From the human T2T-CHM13v2.0 reference genome, Homo sapiens, in NCBI RefSeq assembly GCF_009914755.1, contig NC_060933.1: a stretch of 64,000 nt of DNA; one strand, 5' to 3'. The notes under the pieces are model-generated. The model ran no database searches, was not told where the DNA came from, and saw only the letters and a program-made list of their open reading frames with translations. Below are positions 14,441-35,600 of the stretch, piece after piece. Numbering within the stretch: the first letter of the stretch is position 1; each line of letters begins with the position of its first letter. The position numbers were made by a program, and so were the translations under genes.

Positions 14441-15734
14441 CAAATGTGCTAGAAATCTGGGGCTTTCAGGGATTGTGCATCAAATCCCCAGAAAAGGAAG
14501 AAGGCAGGTCCCCAGCAGCCCCCATCCTGACTCTGGGGACTGCCAGGGGCTGGGGCCTGAGCTGTGATCACACTCTCCAGCTCAGGTGGGCCACAGGCCA
14601 CGCTGGGGGATTCAGATCTGGGGAGCCCTGACTTTATTGCTGAAGAAATGACAGCCAAGAGAGGGGACAGGGCAGGAACAAACGGGGTGTGGAGATCACG
14701 GGCACAGCTCTGACCCCGCCACTGTGCGCTTATGGGATCAGACCCAAACCCCCTGCCAGCAACAGCCCCTGCCTGTGTCCTCCGGAAGTTCTCAAGGTCA
14801 GAGTGGTCCCCTGAGGAGTGGGGTCAGGGCCTGGAGAGCGTCTGTCCAGAGAATACCCAAACAGCCGAAGGGCGCAGGCCCTTGGGGAGCGCTCGGGACA
14901 GCCCAGTAACCACCTGATTCCGTTTTAATTTTATTTCCTTGATGAAAACAGCAGGATCAATCCTGCTGACCATTTAGCAAGGTGTCCCATTTGCATATTC
15001 AAAAGATGCTGCAGCGGGAGGGCGGTGGGGGATGGGAGGACAGGCTTCAGGCTGATTGAAGTGGAGGCTCATTTCGGCTACAAGGAATTTAATTTCCACT
15101 TGCAAACTCAGAATAGATTGCGGTGCGGTGGCCGCCCACAGGACGCCGTGCGGAGGAGCTGCGAGAAAGCGGAGAAAGTGTCTCTGGAAGCGCTGCGCGT
15201 TAGCTCCGTGTCACTTCCCTTCAGCGTCTGTCCCGCCGCTGCTTTTAGCTGAAGTTATGATTGAAATTTGAAGGCTGGAGGTCTAGAGAAAGGGGAATTT
15301 AGTCCTGTGAAGGTGGCAGCTGGAGAGTCCCATTCCCCGAGAGTTCCGGACACAGCCCCACACAGCCCCGCACAGCGCTTGGGGAGGAACCCTGGTCCCT
15401 GGGATATTGGGAAAGGCCCCCACAGCCAGTGGCCACCTGGCCTGCAATCTGCATGGTGAAGCCACAGTGGACACTGCGGCCTCACCCTCAGCAGCTTTGG
15501 GCGAGGGGGTCTGGTCAGCTGCCCTGTGGCCGAAGCCCCACCTTCACGGGGTGTGCAGTGGTGGCTGAGATGCCTCAGAATATGGTCATCCTTGGTCCCC
15601 TGCAGAGAGGCCTGCCATCTCCCAACAGTGAGGGTGATCCTGCCGGCCCTCCGCTGAGGATGGGAGCCTGCACAATGCCTTCCTCCTCCGGGATCGGGCT
15701 CTAGCTGGGACTGGAGTGTGGGCTCAGGGCTCTT

Positions 15735-16222
15735 CTGAGACGGGGATCAGGGCCTGGTCTGTGATGGGGATCAGGGCCTGGTCTGTGATGGGGATCAGGG
15801 CCTGGTCTGTGACGGGGATCAGGGCCTGGTCTGTGACAGGGATCGGGGCCTGGTCTGTGATGGGGATCGGGGTCTGGTCTGTGATGGGGATCGGGGTCAG
15901 GTCTGTGATGGGGATCGGGGCCTGGTCTGGATCAGGGTCCGGCCTGTGACGGGGATCAGGATCTGGCCTGTGACGGGGATCAGGGTCCGGCCTGTGACGG
16001 GGATCAGGACCTGGTCTGTGATGGGGATCAGGGCCTGGTCTGTGATGGGGATCAGGGTCCAGCCTGTGACGGGGATCAGGACCTGGTCTGAGACAGGAAT
16101 CAGGGCCTGGTCTCTGATGGGGATCAAGGCCTGGTCTGAGACAGGGATCAGGGCCTGGTCTGTGATGGAAATCAGGGCCTGGTCTGTGACAGGGATCGGG
16201 GCCTAGTCTGAGGCAGGGATCA
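15735..16222 (+). repeat. 24-bp minisatellite (GGGATCAGGGCCTGGTCTGTGATG), ~20 copies
   Basis: Read directly; gives the 8-aa periodicity in the ORF track. Confidence 0.95.
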
Positions 16223-17303
16223 AGATCGATGGCCAGGGTCGGGGTCAGAGTTTGAGAGGAACAGGGCTCAATGTGTGGCTGTGGTCAGGAAGGGCTGGCT
16301 GAGCAGCAGTGAGCTCAGGGAGGCTGGAGGAGCTAGGAAGGAGAATGAGGCTCCAGAGAGGCCAGAGGAGTGGATTTGTCACTCAACCACAGCAGAACGT
16401 GGGCTGAGGAGGGGGAACTGCCAGGCCAGGTCACGGGTGAGCCTCGTCGCTGGGCCTCAGCTTCGTAGATGCTCACCCTGACCATCCAGTGAATTCTCAC
16501 TGAGGGGAAGAAGAAACCACCTCCTTTGAAGGGCTGGGCACAGCAGAGTGCCCCGGCTCTGCGACCCTCTGGGCCTGGGCACGAGACCTCCTGACTCCGT
16601 CCCCCACAGAGCCCTCACTTCAGGACTTAGCAGCTCAGAACCCCAGACCCTTCCCAGAACCAGGGCTCCACTGTCGCTGCCTGGGTGGTGCCCGCCCCTC
16701 ACGCTGTCACCCACGTCTGAGGCTGGAGGGATCAGGAGAAAAGGGGCACACAGCTCAGAGATCCCCCTGAGCTGACCACAGGCCCAAGACTTCATTTTTC
16801 ACAAGGGGAAACTGAGGCTCGGGGCCTGCAACCAGTATGTCCCACATCCCAGAGCTGGTGAGTGGCTACCCTGCCCATGGCACACGAGGCTGGGCTGGGG
16901 TGTGCGTGTCCACGCCGCACCTCCGCCAGGAGCCTGCCCCACCCAGCGGTGAGGCCCCTGGCATGAGAAGAAGTCTGGGCTCCTGGCCCGCCCTCAGTGC
17001 CAGCGGCTGCCCTGCCTGTCTTGCACACGGCTTTAGGCAAGGGCCGAAGGCTGCCCTGGCCGCCCCCTTCTGGAAGGGCCACCCGGCAGGTGGCAGAGAC
17101 ACTGCCATAAAAGGGGCTGCCAGGGCGGGGCAGGCTCTGCCACCTGCGGGCTTCAGGACCTCACCTCTCCTCCTGCAGTCTGCTCATCGGTGAAATGGAC
17201 GGAACAGCAGCCCCTGCCTGAGGTGTGGCGGTGAAGCAAGCAGTCCCATGTCGGAGGCTTAGAGCGGAGCCCAGCACACAGGAAGGGCCTGCACGGGTGG
17301 CTA

Positions 17304-18732
<1,429 letters not shown>

Positions 18733-19199
18733 TAGGAGGGGTGAAACTGATGGCTGGACATGTACGTGGACGACAGCCTCCAGGGAGGGCTGTTCAACCC
18801 CCGGCACTGGTATCATTCTCTGCCCCCTGGAGCTCCTGGGAAGATCCGTTAAGCAAGTGGTGGGGCTTCCACGGCACGGAATATTACGCAGCTGTCAAAA
18901 ACGACGTGTAGGAAGAGTTTCCAGTAACGCAGGGAGATCCCGTGGTGAGAAAAGGCTGGTTCAAAAACAGAATCTATAGGATGTCCTTGGTGTGCAAAGA
19001 ACGAGTGTGGCAGAAAATGTGGGAGAGCAGCTGCCAGGATCCATGGATGGACGGGGAAGGGGTCGCTGTGTTTCTTCAACTTTTCTATATTTTGCAGATT
19101 TGGGATGATGAGCGCGTCTGACTCTGATAACCAGGGAAAAGTGGAAAATGAAATGGAAGTGGCCAGCAGTCAACAATCCATCAGTTTCCTCAACTGCTC

Positions 19200-20160
19200 T
19201 TTTAAACACGGGTGACCACACAGCCCAGAAACTCCCTTCCAGGGACTACCCGAGAGATTGAAGGCAGGCCCCACAGAGACGCGCCCAGCTCCTGCTCCTC
19301 AAACTGCTCCGTTAAACACGGGGTGACCACACAGCCCCGAGAGAATGAAGGCAGGCCCCACAGAGACACGCCCAGCTCACGGTCACAGCAGCATCATTTA
19401 CAGCAGCCAAAAGGTGGAAACAGCCCAGGTGTCCTCCGGCAGACGGGTGGATTAACAAGCGGTCTAACTGCGCCATGGGGTATAATTTAGGCTTAAAAAG
19501 GACGCAGCGCTGACACACGGGAAAACACGGCGAGCCTGGGAGCGTCAGGCCGAGGGCAAGAAGCCAGGCACAAAGACCACGTTATGGGATTCCATTCACA
19601 GGCAGAGCCTAGAACAGAGACACCTGTAGGGACGGATAGTAGATTCAAGGTTGCCAGGGCTGGCGTGGGGGGCTGGGAAGGTGACTGAGGACATAGGCTT
19701 TCTTTTTTTTTGAGATGGAGTCTTGCTCTGTCACCCAGGCTGGAGTGCAGTGGTGTAATCTGGGCTCACTGCAACCTCTGCTTCCCATGTTCAAGCGATT
19801 CTCCTGCCTCAGCCTCCTGAGTAGCCGGGATTACAGGCACCTGCCACCACACCTGACTAATTTTGTATTTTTAGTAGAGACGGGGTTTCTCCATGTTGGT
19901 CAGGCTGGTCTCGAACTCCCGACCTCAGGTGATCCGCCCACCTCGGCCTCCCACACTGCTGGGATTACAGGTGTGAGCCGCCACACTTGGCAGCCTTTCT
20001 TTTTGAGGTGATGAAAATGTTCTAAGATGGACTGTGCTGACGGCTGCACAGCTCTGCGAATACACAAAACACCCCACTGTTCTCGCATATTCTGAACGGT
20101 ACACTGCAGGTGAGTGACTTGTACAATATGTGAATTACATCTCAATAAAGCTATTGTTCG
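19200..20160 (+). mobile_element. Old L1M 3' end with an internal duplication, interrupted by a minus-strand Alu (~19699-19991)
   Basis: AGCCAAAAGGTGGAAACAGCCC...GGTTGCCAGGGCT...AAATGTTCTAAG...CTCAATAAAGCT. Confidence 0.75.
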
Positions 20161-23100
20161 AAAAAGCAGCAGCCCCAGCAAACAGTGAATCGGGGCAGCA
20201 GAGGATGGAGCCCTCTCCTCCTCCTGGGGGGACAGATGGCGCGGCCCCCCGGGGTTCGGCACCCTTGTCTGGTGCCCTGTGCTGTGGGGCTCCAGGAGCC
20301 CGCCGGGCGGCCATCGCCGGGGTGACGGCTGAAAGGCGGGATTGAAAGCCTTGGAGGGGCCTCTGTGGGTTGAGGTCAATAAATCTCGCCAGCTGTGCGG
20401 CCTCCCGCCCGCTCTGTTCAGCAATCTGTCCGGCTGCCTTTCACCAGCCCAGTGGCTCCCATTACCTCGGGGGAAGAGCCACAAATCACCGTGACAGACC
20501 AATCAACAGGCCGGGGAATTTTTACACACGCTGCCTCTTGAAGGATGAGTCCCCCTCAGCAGAGCATCAGAATAAATCTCCTCAAAAACTTTCCCCTGAG
20601 CCCACCTTCCCCCGGGGCCCCGAGTGGCTGGTGGCCTCCCCCGAACTCACCAGGGCCAAGCCCACCTGCGTCCCTTCCGGCTGGCGGGGCTGGGACCCTC
20701 TGCCGCCGTCCCCACTGGACGCCTCCCTGTGTCCCAGGAGGCCAACTCTGAGCTGGGGGTGGTCTGGGGGCCACCAGGGCTGGCTCTGACCAAGTCCACC
20801 CCGAGCTGTCCAGCCATGTCCCTGCCGGGACACTGCTGGCCCCTTAGTCCCCCACTCAATGTTGTTGGGCCCTCCCAGCAGGGCCAGAACACCTCATTTC
20901 AGCAGGAAGAAAGAAAGCTTTATAAAATAATTCATAGGAAACTTAAAACACTCAGACACCAAGAAATTGCAAATGGGGAAATATGATGGATTATGGGCTG
21001 GAGGAAGGCGACTTCCGCAGGCAAAATTGATCCCTTGGAAAATGGTTTTGTCTGCTATGAAAAATGGGTAATATCTCGCTGGGGCTCAAGAGCTATAATC
21101 CCGAAAATAATTTGCTTTTGATTTCCTTTTAGCCCCTGTTCTCCCCCCAACCCGTCCCCATTTAGGAGCCCTGGGCCTGCTCGTGGTGGGGGCCCCCTCT
21201 TTGTCAGGGCACCTGCTGGGGGCTCCCCCACTTGGTATTGGCTGGTCTACTTAGAGAGGGTCTTTTCTCAACTGATGGCTGACGGGGGTCGGCTCCCAGC
21301 GTGGCCGCCTCCCATGCCCCCAGCCCTCCTCTCTTCAAGAATTCCCAATTAGCTTGTCCCTTATCAGGGACTTTTTAAAAACCAAGCATCCAAGAAAAAC
21401 ATCGCATCATCTCTCAGCTGGGCTTGCAGGAAACCGTATCATTTCCTCCCCACCAGATATGCCGAGCAATGTTTCAATCAGAGATTCATGTCAGTACAAC
21501 AGAACCAGAGAGGGGCATCCCAACCCCTCACCCTACAGAGGGGGAAGCTGGGGCCAGAGGGGAGGGTCTCTCCAGTCAGAAGTGGAGCTGAACCCAGGGT
21601 GGGCTTGGCTTTGGTGGAAGGTGTGGACACAAGCCCAGGACTCCAGCCACTGTGGAGAGGGTGGGGACAGAGCTATGAGCTCCGAGGGCCGAGGCCAGGT
21701 CAGAGCTCCTTCCTCTGAGGCCAGCCCTGCCGGGAGCTTTCACGACACCCAGACACTCTGCTCCTCCCCAGGCCTACTAAGCTGGGGTTTCCAGGGCAAG
21801 GGCAGGAGGCAGCCGTCCCACGTGGGAGAGGTCGTGCCTCCCAGTGCCTGGAGCTTTCTGCAGGTACAATGCTGCCCCTTCAACCCGCGAGCCACCAAAG
21901 GTCTCCCTGGGAGCAACGTCCCCAGCGGCTCCAGGTGGCTCCACGGGGTCCCACCTGCCGGGAGTCTCTGCAGTTCCCCTGTGGGCTGCAGCCTTCAGGG
22001 CCCTGTGGCAGCCCCGGGGACACTGGCAGGGCCACAGGGCCACTCGTGGACAAAAGACCTTGGGAGCAAGGGTACAGAGTGCTGTCCCCTGAGGTTGCTT
22101 TGTTCCTGTGGCAGCTGCCAGGTTTTCCAGAGATGTGGCTGCCTGTAGCAGGAGCCCCAAGTGAGGGGTGCTGGGCCCAGGCTTCCAGGAAGAGAGGCCT
22201 GGAGGTGGCTGCTCAGCATCTCCTCATGGCCCAGGGACCTTTCCCTCCAGGGTCTGTTTCTTGAGGGTCACTGCGTGTCTCCAGCAGCATTGTCCTGTGG
22301 CCCCAGGGAGGAAAGCATGGGTGACCTGCCATGGGGAAGGCGTTTCCTGGAGGAAGAAAGGGCCAGAGATGCTGGGTGGCCACCCTGTGATGGGTGAGGG
22401 CCAGGCCTCATGCCTCACTGCTGGCTGCTCCGCTGCTGTGTCCCTGCAGGGTGACACAGGCACACCTTGCTCTGGGCCAGATAACTCCAGGAAAAGCCTC
22501 CATCTGTCAGAGCAGGTGCATGCAGCCCTGTGGGAGAAGCACAGCCAGGGACTCAACCCGTTTCTTTCTGCTTGTGCAGCCGGGAAGTAGGGCTGTCCCG
22601 TCCCTTACCTGTGAGGCCGTTGAACACTGGCCTCCTTGGGCGTTTGTGCATTCACTCCCTAACCAAGTACCCTGACAAAGCTGAATGCATACATTTGTCT
22701 TGGAGCCTTCTGGAAAGAGATGATAAACCTCCCAAAGTTCACCCATCAAGGTCAGCACAAGTGATGTCCTGATCCTTAAGCTCCAGTCAAGCTTGGCAAT
22801 GCATTTGTTAATTGATTGATTGATTGGTTGATTGACATGAAACTTCCTGATCCCTTTCCCAAAGCTGCCTGTTGCATAGCACCGGTGATCCCCAACCCTC
22901 ACCCCATGCACCGCAGCAGCCGGTCCTAATCCAGCCATCACCAAAACGTGTGCATGAGAGAAGGTATGGAATGGCTTCCCTACCATTTACCCACTGGCCT
23001 CTCCCAGAAGACCATCAATGGCCAAGGGCTCTGTGATTCAAGGCCGATCAGCTCTGTAATGAAATGTACCTCCCTTGGTGTATTTCGGGGACATTTGCAC

Positions 23101-25094
23101 ACCTGGGCTGGCAGGGACATGGCCACCGTGAGGAGATCTATTTCCCTTGCCTTGCAGACGATGGACCGGGCCCGTCTGTAGAGCCGTGGTGGAGCTGGCC
23201 ACACGCACACGCAGGCCTATTTTTCAAACAATTGATTAATTCCGCAGCGATGTTTGCTGCCGTACATCACCTATGGCCGCACTGTGGGGCTTTCCGGTTC
23301 TCCTCCCACCTGTAATATTCCACAGCTGATGGCTGGAAATGGGGAAAGCTTTCTCGAAAACACTCATTCGGGGCTTACTGAGGTCATCAATCAGCTATTT
23401 TCAAATGTCAACTTTGAAGGCGAAAGGGGGATGCTCAGAAAACAGGACCCTCATTGGGAAAGTGGGGGGCAGGCTGGGGCAGCGGGGGTCTGTCACCCTA
23501 GGAAGCTGGAGCCTAGGTGACCTCAAGTCTTCGAACCTGGTCTGAGGGGCGACTGAACCCTGAAAGCTTGCTGTTGGCTCTCCAGATCCGCAGAGACGGG
23601 TTCAGGGTTGCCAGGGTCCCTCAGCGGAACCTGCTGCAGGTGTCAGAGGCCTGGATATGACCAGGCGGTCAGGGCCTGGTGCACCCGAGAATGTCAAATC
23701 CACTTCACAGAGACGTGGGCACCTGCCGGGGGTGCTATTTGCCCCATTCCTGCTGCCCCTCTCCGCAAAACAGGAGCCTGAACTGGCTGCCCCAGGGTCT
23801 TCGCCAGTGTGGGACCACAGCCTGGAAACAGCGGGGTCAGAATGTGCACGAGGCCTGGGCTGCGTGAAGCCTGTGTCGGTGATTCCACCGCAGGCAGCCG
23901 ATGGAGATCCCAGCCCTGGAAGACCCCATCAGCCTCTGGTTACCTAATTAAAATGAAAACCCCTTCCAAGAACTCAGCACCGAGTTGGCCGTCCTGCCCC
24001 CAAGAGCTCATGTGTCGGGGAGGGGGCCACTCAGAGCCCAGGCCCCAGTCTAGGACTCACAGTTACCCAGAAAGAGGAGTGGCCAGTTATTCCCGGGACC
24101 GGACTGGAGGCAGGTGGGCGGGATGACTCAGGAAAAGCCACTGTTTGAGGGCCCCCAGCACAGCAAGGTGCCAGGCCTTGGTCCGAGGAGGCAGGGCCCA
24201 GGAAGCTGGAGTGTGTGGGGCATGTTGGGAGGGTGGCGTGGTGGCTGCACTGGGGCTGCCTGGTCACTGCAGGGGTGAGGCTTGGAGACTGCAGGAGTGG
24301 GAGGGCCTGGGTGGGGCCCTGCTCTCCATGAGCCGGCCCCTATGGCTCTCCCTAGGGAGCAGACACCTGCAGGGAAGGCCGGGCCAGCTGAGGGGCAGCC
24401 TTGGAGAAGCAGCTGCAGGAACATGATGTGGGCTGTGTCTGCAGGTGAACGGCTTCTACAGGGCAGTGTGGGAGGGGAGGTTCCCAGGAGCGGGGAGGCC
24501 TGGGCTGCGCTCCTCAGGCCCCTCGCCTCTGGTGTTCCCTGGAAGGAGGGGCGGGAAGCTGGCGGCCCCGGCTGATTGTATTAGACAGGCCTTTATTGAT
24601 CCAGCTCTTGCTTATCCCTGGTGTCTCATTTCAATAAACAGCAGTTTGGAGAAATTAGCGAGGGACCCTGGCTCCTTCCCCTCCCCCTGCCCCTCTCCCC
24701 CATCTTCCTTTGGATTTGTCAGGAATGGAAGATTTATGAGGATTCGAGTGAGATTCTAATTTGTTCCTGAGACAGCGGGCTCAGAGCATTGAGGGCACGG
24801 GCCAAGCCCTTGCTGTTTACATGCCCTGACATGGGGACACAGTCTGGGCCAGGCCAGGGTCCTGGGCAGGGGCCTCACTGCTCAGCCACAGCTGCAGTCA
24901 TCCGAGGAACTCAGCATGGTGAGAGGGAGATGTCACCAGACCTCTGGGGCCGAGTCAACCATGGGAGAAACCATCAGGAGGCAGCCTGGTGGGAGGGGAC
25001 TGCCCCAGAGGGCACCACAGAGTTCTACCAGTCCTGGGCAAGTGGTCGTCACATTGCCCGGGCCTCAACCCCTCATCTGCGGGGAGATGACAGA

Positions 25095-25262
25095 TGTATG
25101 TGTGTGTGTGCATATGTGTGTGTGCATGTGTGTGTGCATATGTGTGTGGGTGTGTGCATATGTGTGTGGTGTGCGTGGTATGTGTGTCTGTACATGAGTG
25201 TATGTGATGTTATGTGCACCTGTGTGTGTGTACATGGCATGTGTGCATATGTGGTGTGTGCG
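25095..25262. repeat. Degenerate (TG)n repeat
   Basis: Read directly. Confidence 0.88.
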
Positions 25263-25421
25263 CGCTTGCTGTGCTTTGGCACACATTGACACTGGCAGTG
25301 TAAAAAAACTCCCGTTTTTTTACCCAAATGCAACAGACATTTTCCCAAGTTATTCAATACTCCTTCTCTTTTTCAAAAATATATTTGTCACAGCTACAGA
25401 AACTCAGGGGATGGGCTGTAG

Positions 25422-25803
<382 letters not shown>

Positions 25804-26124
25804 GGGATGCTATTTCTTTATAAATGACATGTCCATGCAGGTGCCAGCCCAGCAGCCTCTGCCTGGAGGCCCCCTTGGCTGCCCTGTCTCTCCCTGGTGC
25901 CCATGGGGTCCCTCCTAGTCATAGGGTCCCATTTAGCGAGGCCCACCCAGCCCTCCAGGGAGCCCCCTCCCTCCCTCCCTTCCATTCCCTGCTTATTGCC
26001 CATCCCACCTCCAGCAGGTGGGCTCTAGAAGGGCCAAGCTGGCTTTTGTTCCCTGCTCAATCTTCAGTGTCTAGAACAGTGCCTGGTACACAGTGCCTAC
26101 TGGATGATTTTTAAAATAGATTCT

Positions 26125-26699
<575 letters not shown>

Positions 26700-26719
26700 G
26701 ATTCTAACAATCATTGACT

Positions 26720-32600
<5,881 letters not shown>

Positions 32601-35600
32601 ACGAGAGCAAATGCAGCCCCTGTTATTTCATCATGATTGGAAGCAACAGTCCCTTAAGGGTTTAATAACTATTTCTTGATGAATGAATGAATGATGCTCC
32701 CAGGATGCCTTCACGCAAAAGGCTTTTCTCGCCCTCAGACTGATGACAATTGCCTTAGCACCATGAGGGTCGGGCAGCTTGTCCTCTCTGCCTCCTTCTG
32801 CAGTGTCTGAGCCACGTAGGCCAGATGGCTGGCGTGAATTGACCCCAGAAGTGCAACTGGAAGGTCGGCAGGTCTCAACACTTTGAAGGCCCTTGTCCCA
32901 TGTGACCCCGCTGCTTTCTGGCTCTCGTGGAACAGCCCTCATGTCCAGCTGGACTCCTGTGGCCAAGGAGGGGGCAAGGAGAGGAGGGGACGCTGGCAGT
33001 GACCAGCCCTTGCTGGTCTCCACCTCAATGAAGCCCAGGAAGAGGGGCTGGAAGCTCTCCCCTCCACGTCCTCTTCTGTCCAACGAGGACACCCAGGTGG
33101 CCAGTCAGCCCTAGACCTGGTGCTCAGAAGGGGCCCTTCTCCCCGAGGCTCCATCAGCTTACTGGGCTACAGCCCACACGGGACTGATGGCACGTCCCAG
33201 CCCTATGTTCAGCCCCTGAAAGCCTGCGGGGAGGGTCCAGAAGTCTGAGCTGGTGGAGCCCCTGCATGAGGGGCCTGGGGGGCTGTCTGCAGGAGGGCAT
33301 CAAAGTGACAAGCTGCAGGCTCCACTGCAAAGAAATTCTGGAAATCTGGGCATTTCTGGGCCGTTTTCCCCGCATGTGCAGGGGCTCTTGCGGAAGTTAT
33401 GGAGGAGTGCTCTGTCCTCGGGGGAGCATCCCAGCCCTGCTGTCTGGGCACTGACACCCTAGATGGGGCCTCACTGGACTTTGACCTCACAGAGGGGGAG
33501 GCCCTGAAGCTCGGCCCAGTGCATTTAAGGTGCCTTGCAGGCTCGCAGCCTTGTGCCAGGTTGGGAGAGGAGGGGACAAACAATAGTGAAAGAGAAGAGA
33601 GGTCAGGGTGCCCAGTGTGCACAGCCAGGCAGAGGGGGCTCTCCCGAAAGGTCAAACAGAGAGGGGAGGCTGAGGACGGGGAGAGGACCAGATTCCTCCA
33701 CCTTGCTTCCCCCAGCCCCTGCCACGGCGTCAGAGCAATGGCCCTTCATAGAGAGACCTCAGAGTGCCCCCACCCCTGTCACTGGGAGAAGGGCTGGGTG
33801 AGACGGGGAGGACAGGGCCATGGGGCCTGATGGAGAGGGAAGGGGCTTTCAGGGATCCGGCACTGTGGCCAGAGCATTGAAAGGTTCCAAGGGCGCTGTG
33901 CCCCTTCCACCCGCCCTCCCTCCTGGGCAAGCCCGGGCCCCCGGGTGGGCGCCTCGGCTGTTTGGGATGATGGATCGTGGCGTCTGCCCTGATGCAGCAG
34001 ATGTGGGCTGCACTTGGCCTCAATCGCTCCCCAGGGGCCCCGATCGATGGCGGCCTGTGCGCGGCCCCAGCAGCCTGTGATGAATGGCTGGAGATTGATT
34101 TTCACTTAATTGACAATTTGGTGAACCTGTTTGCAAAATCCCAGGTTGGGCCCAGACAGTCTCGAGGTTATAGTTGGTCGAGTTGATGCTGCTTGGGCCA
34201 GAGTGGCAGCCAGGGGGCAGTAGAGGCCGCCCAGCGATGGGGGACCCGGCTGTGCCCGGGCTGAGCTCCCCTCTGTAGACCCAGCAGGGGCAGGGGTGCC
34301 AACCCAGATCGGGAACCCCCAGAGAGGTGGGCCCCAGCACTGGTGGTCACTAGGGCAGGTTGGCATCCCGGGCAGGGGTTTGATCCTGGCTGGGCCCCCC
34401 TGCTGTGTCACCAGGGCACTGCCTCTGACCCTCCCTGACCCTCCGTTTCCTCTTCTGTGAAGTGGAGCCCACCTGGCGCAGCCCGGTCCCCCCATCGCTG
34501 GGGGCCTGTGCTGCCCCCTGGCTGGCACCTGGGCTCAGGCATACCCTACAGCCCCATCTCATTGCAGAGGCTGCCCGCCCACCCTCTGGTCAGCCACAGA
34601 GGACCCCACACTGGCCCCAGGGCAGCTCCCCTCCCACCTGGTGGCCCCATGCTGACATGGCCCTGGGACCCCTGCAGATCCTGTGGATGCCCCTTTCTGC
34701 CCCATCCATCTTCCCCACGGGCCTGGGTGACACAGCCAATCAGATGAGGTCACTCCCTGCCTAGACCCTTCTACTTAGGTCCCCACCGAGCCTCAGACCC
34801 TGTCCTCTCCCGCCAGCTCCCACCCATCCCCCTGTGTTCTGGGCGCCTCTGTCTCCTCCATGTGGCAGCCTCCTTCCCACTCCTGGGCACCACGGCTCCT
34901 GCCAGCCTCAGGGCCTTAGCACTTGCTGTGTTCTGTGGCTGCAAGGCCTCTTCAGTGACCCACACAGGGGTGGTTCCAGTGAGGCATCAAAGCTTCCGTT
35001 TAAATGTCCCCCACCCAGGGGAGGCCCTCCCTGGCCCACGTCTCTGCCCCAGACAGGCCCTCTCTCGTCTCTTCCCACCTCCTTTTCTTCAGAGCCCTCA
35101 TAACCAGGTCAAAGTCTCTTCCTGGTATGTGGCTTGTTTGCCCGCCTGTCTGCTGGTCTGTCAGCCCTGTAACCCAGGGGCACTGCCTGTGTGGTCACCT
35201 GGCTCTCCTGGCCATGGCCAACCCAGCCCTGTGTCTGCTCAGCCGGCACCCAGGAAGCGCTCTCAGCACCTGGGCCAAGCCCTGCAGATGCTGTTCCCAG
35301 GGTGACATGGAAACACCCTGGAGCTCACCTTGCCACCTGCCCCTGAACTCATTAGCAGGGCCAGACTTGGGAACTGTAATAGGACCCTCGGGTAATCCCC
35401 TCCGGGGGCCGCCCCAGACAAAAGCCCAAATTAAGTCAGCAGAATCGCAGGGGAGAGGCCAAGGGGCTGGAATTTACCCACTAAGAGCAAACAAAGAATC
35501 TCCCGTCTCAGAGGCAGAGGCTGCTTGAGGTCTAATTTCCATTCCATGCAATTTGACACCACCCAGGAGCCCCTTGGACTGGCCTGCCTCCCTGGTCAAC

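Noticed and set aside
13604-14443. 279-aa HSLT-repeat ORF
   Set aside because: Translation of the (TGAG/TGAA)n array.
15735-16222. Possible CRISPR-like arrays (24-bp unit; also the 45- and 46-bp arrays)
   Set aside because: Head-to-tail units with no unique spacers, no cas genes, and eukaryotic context.
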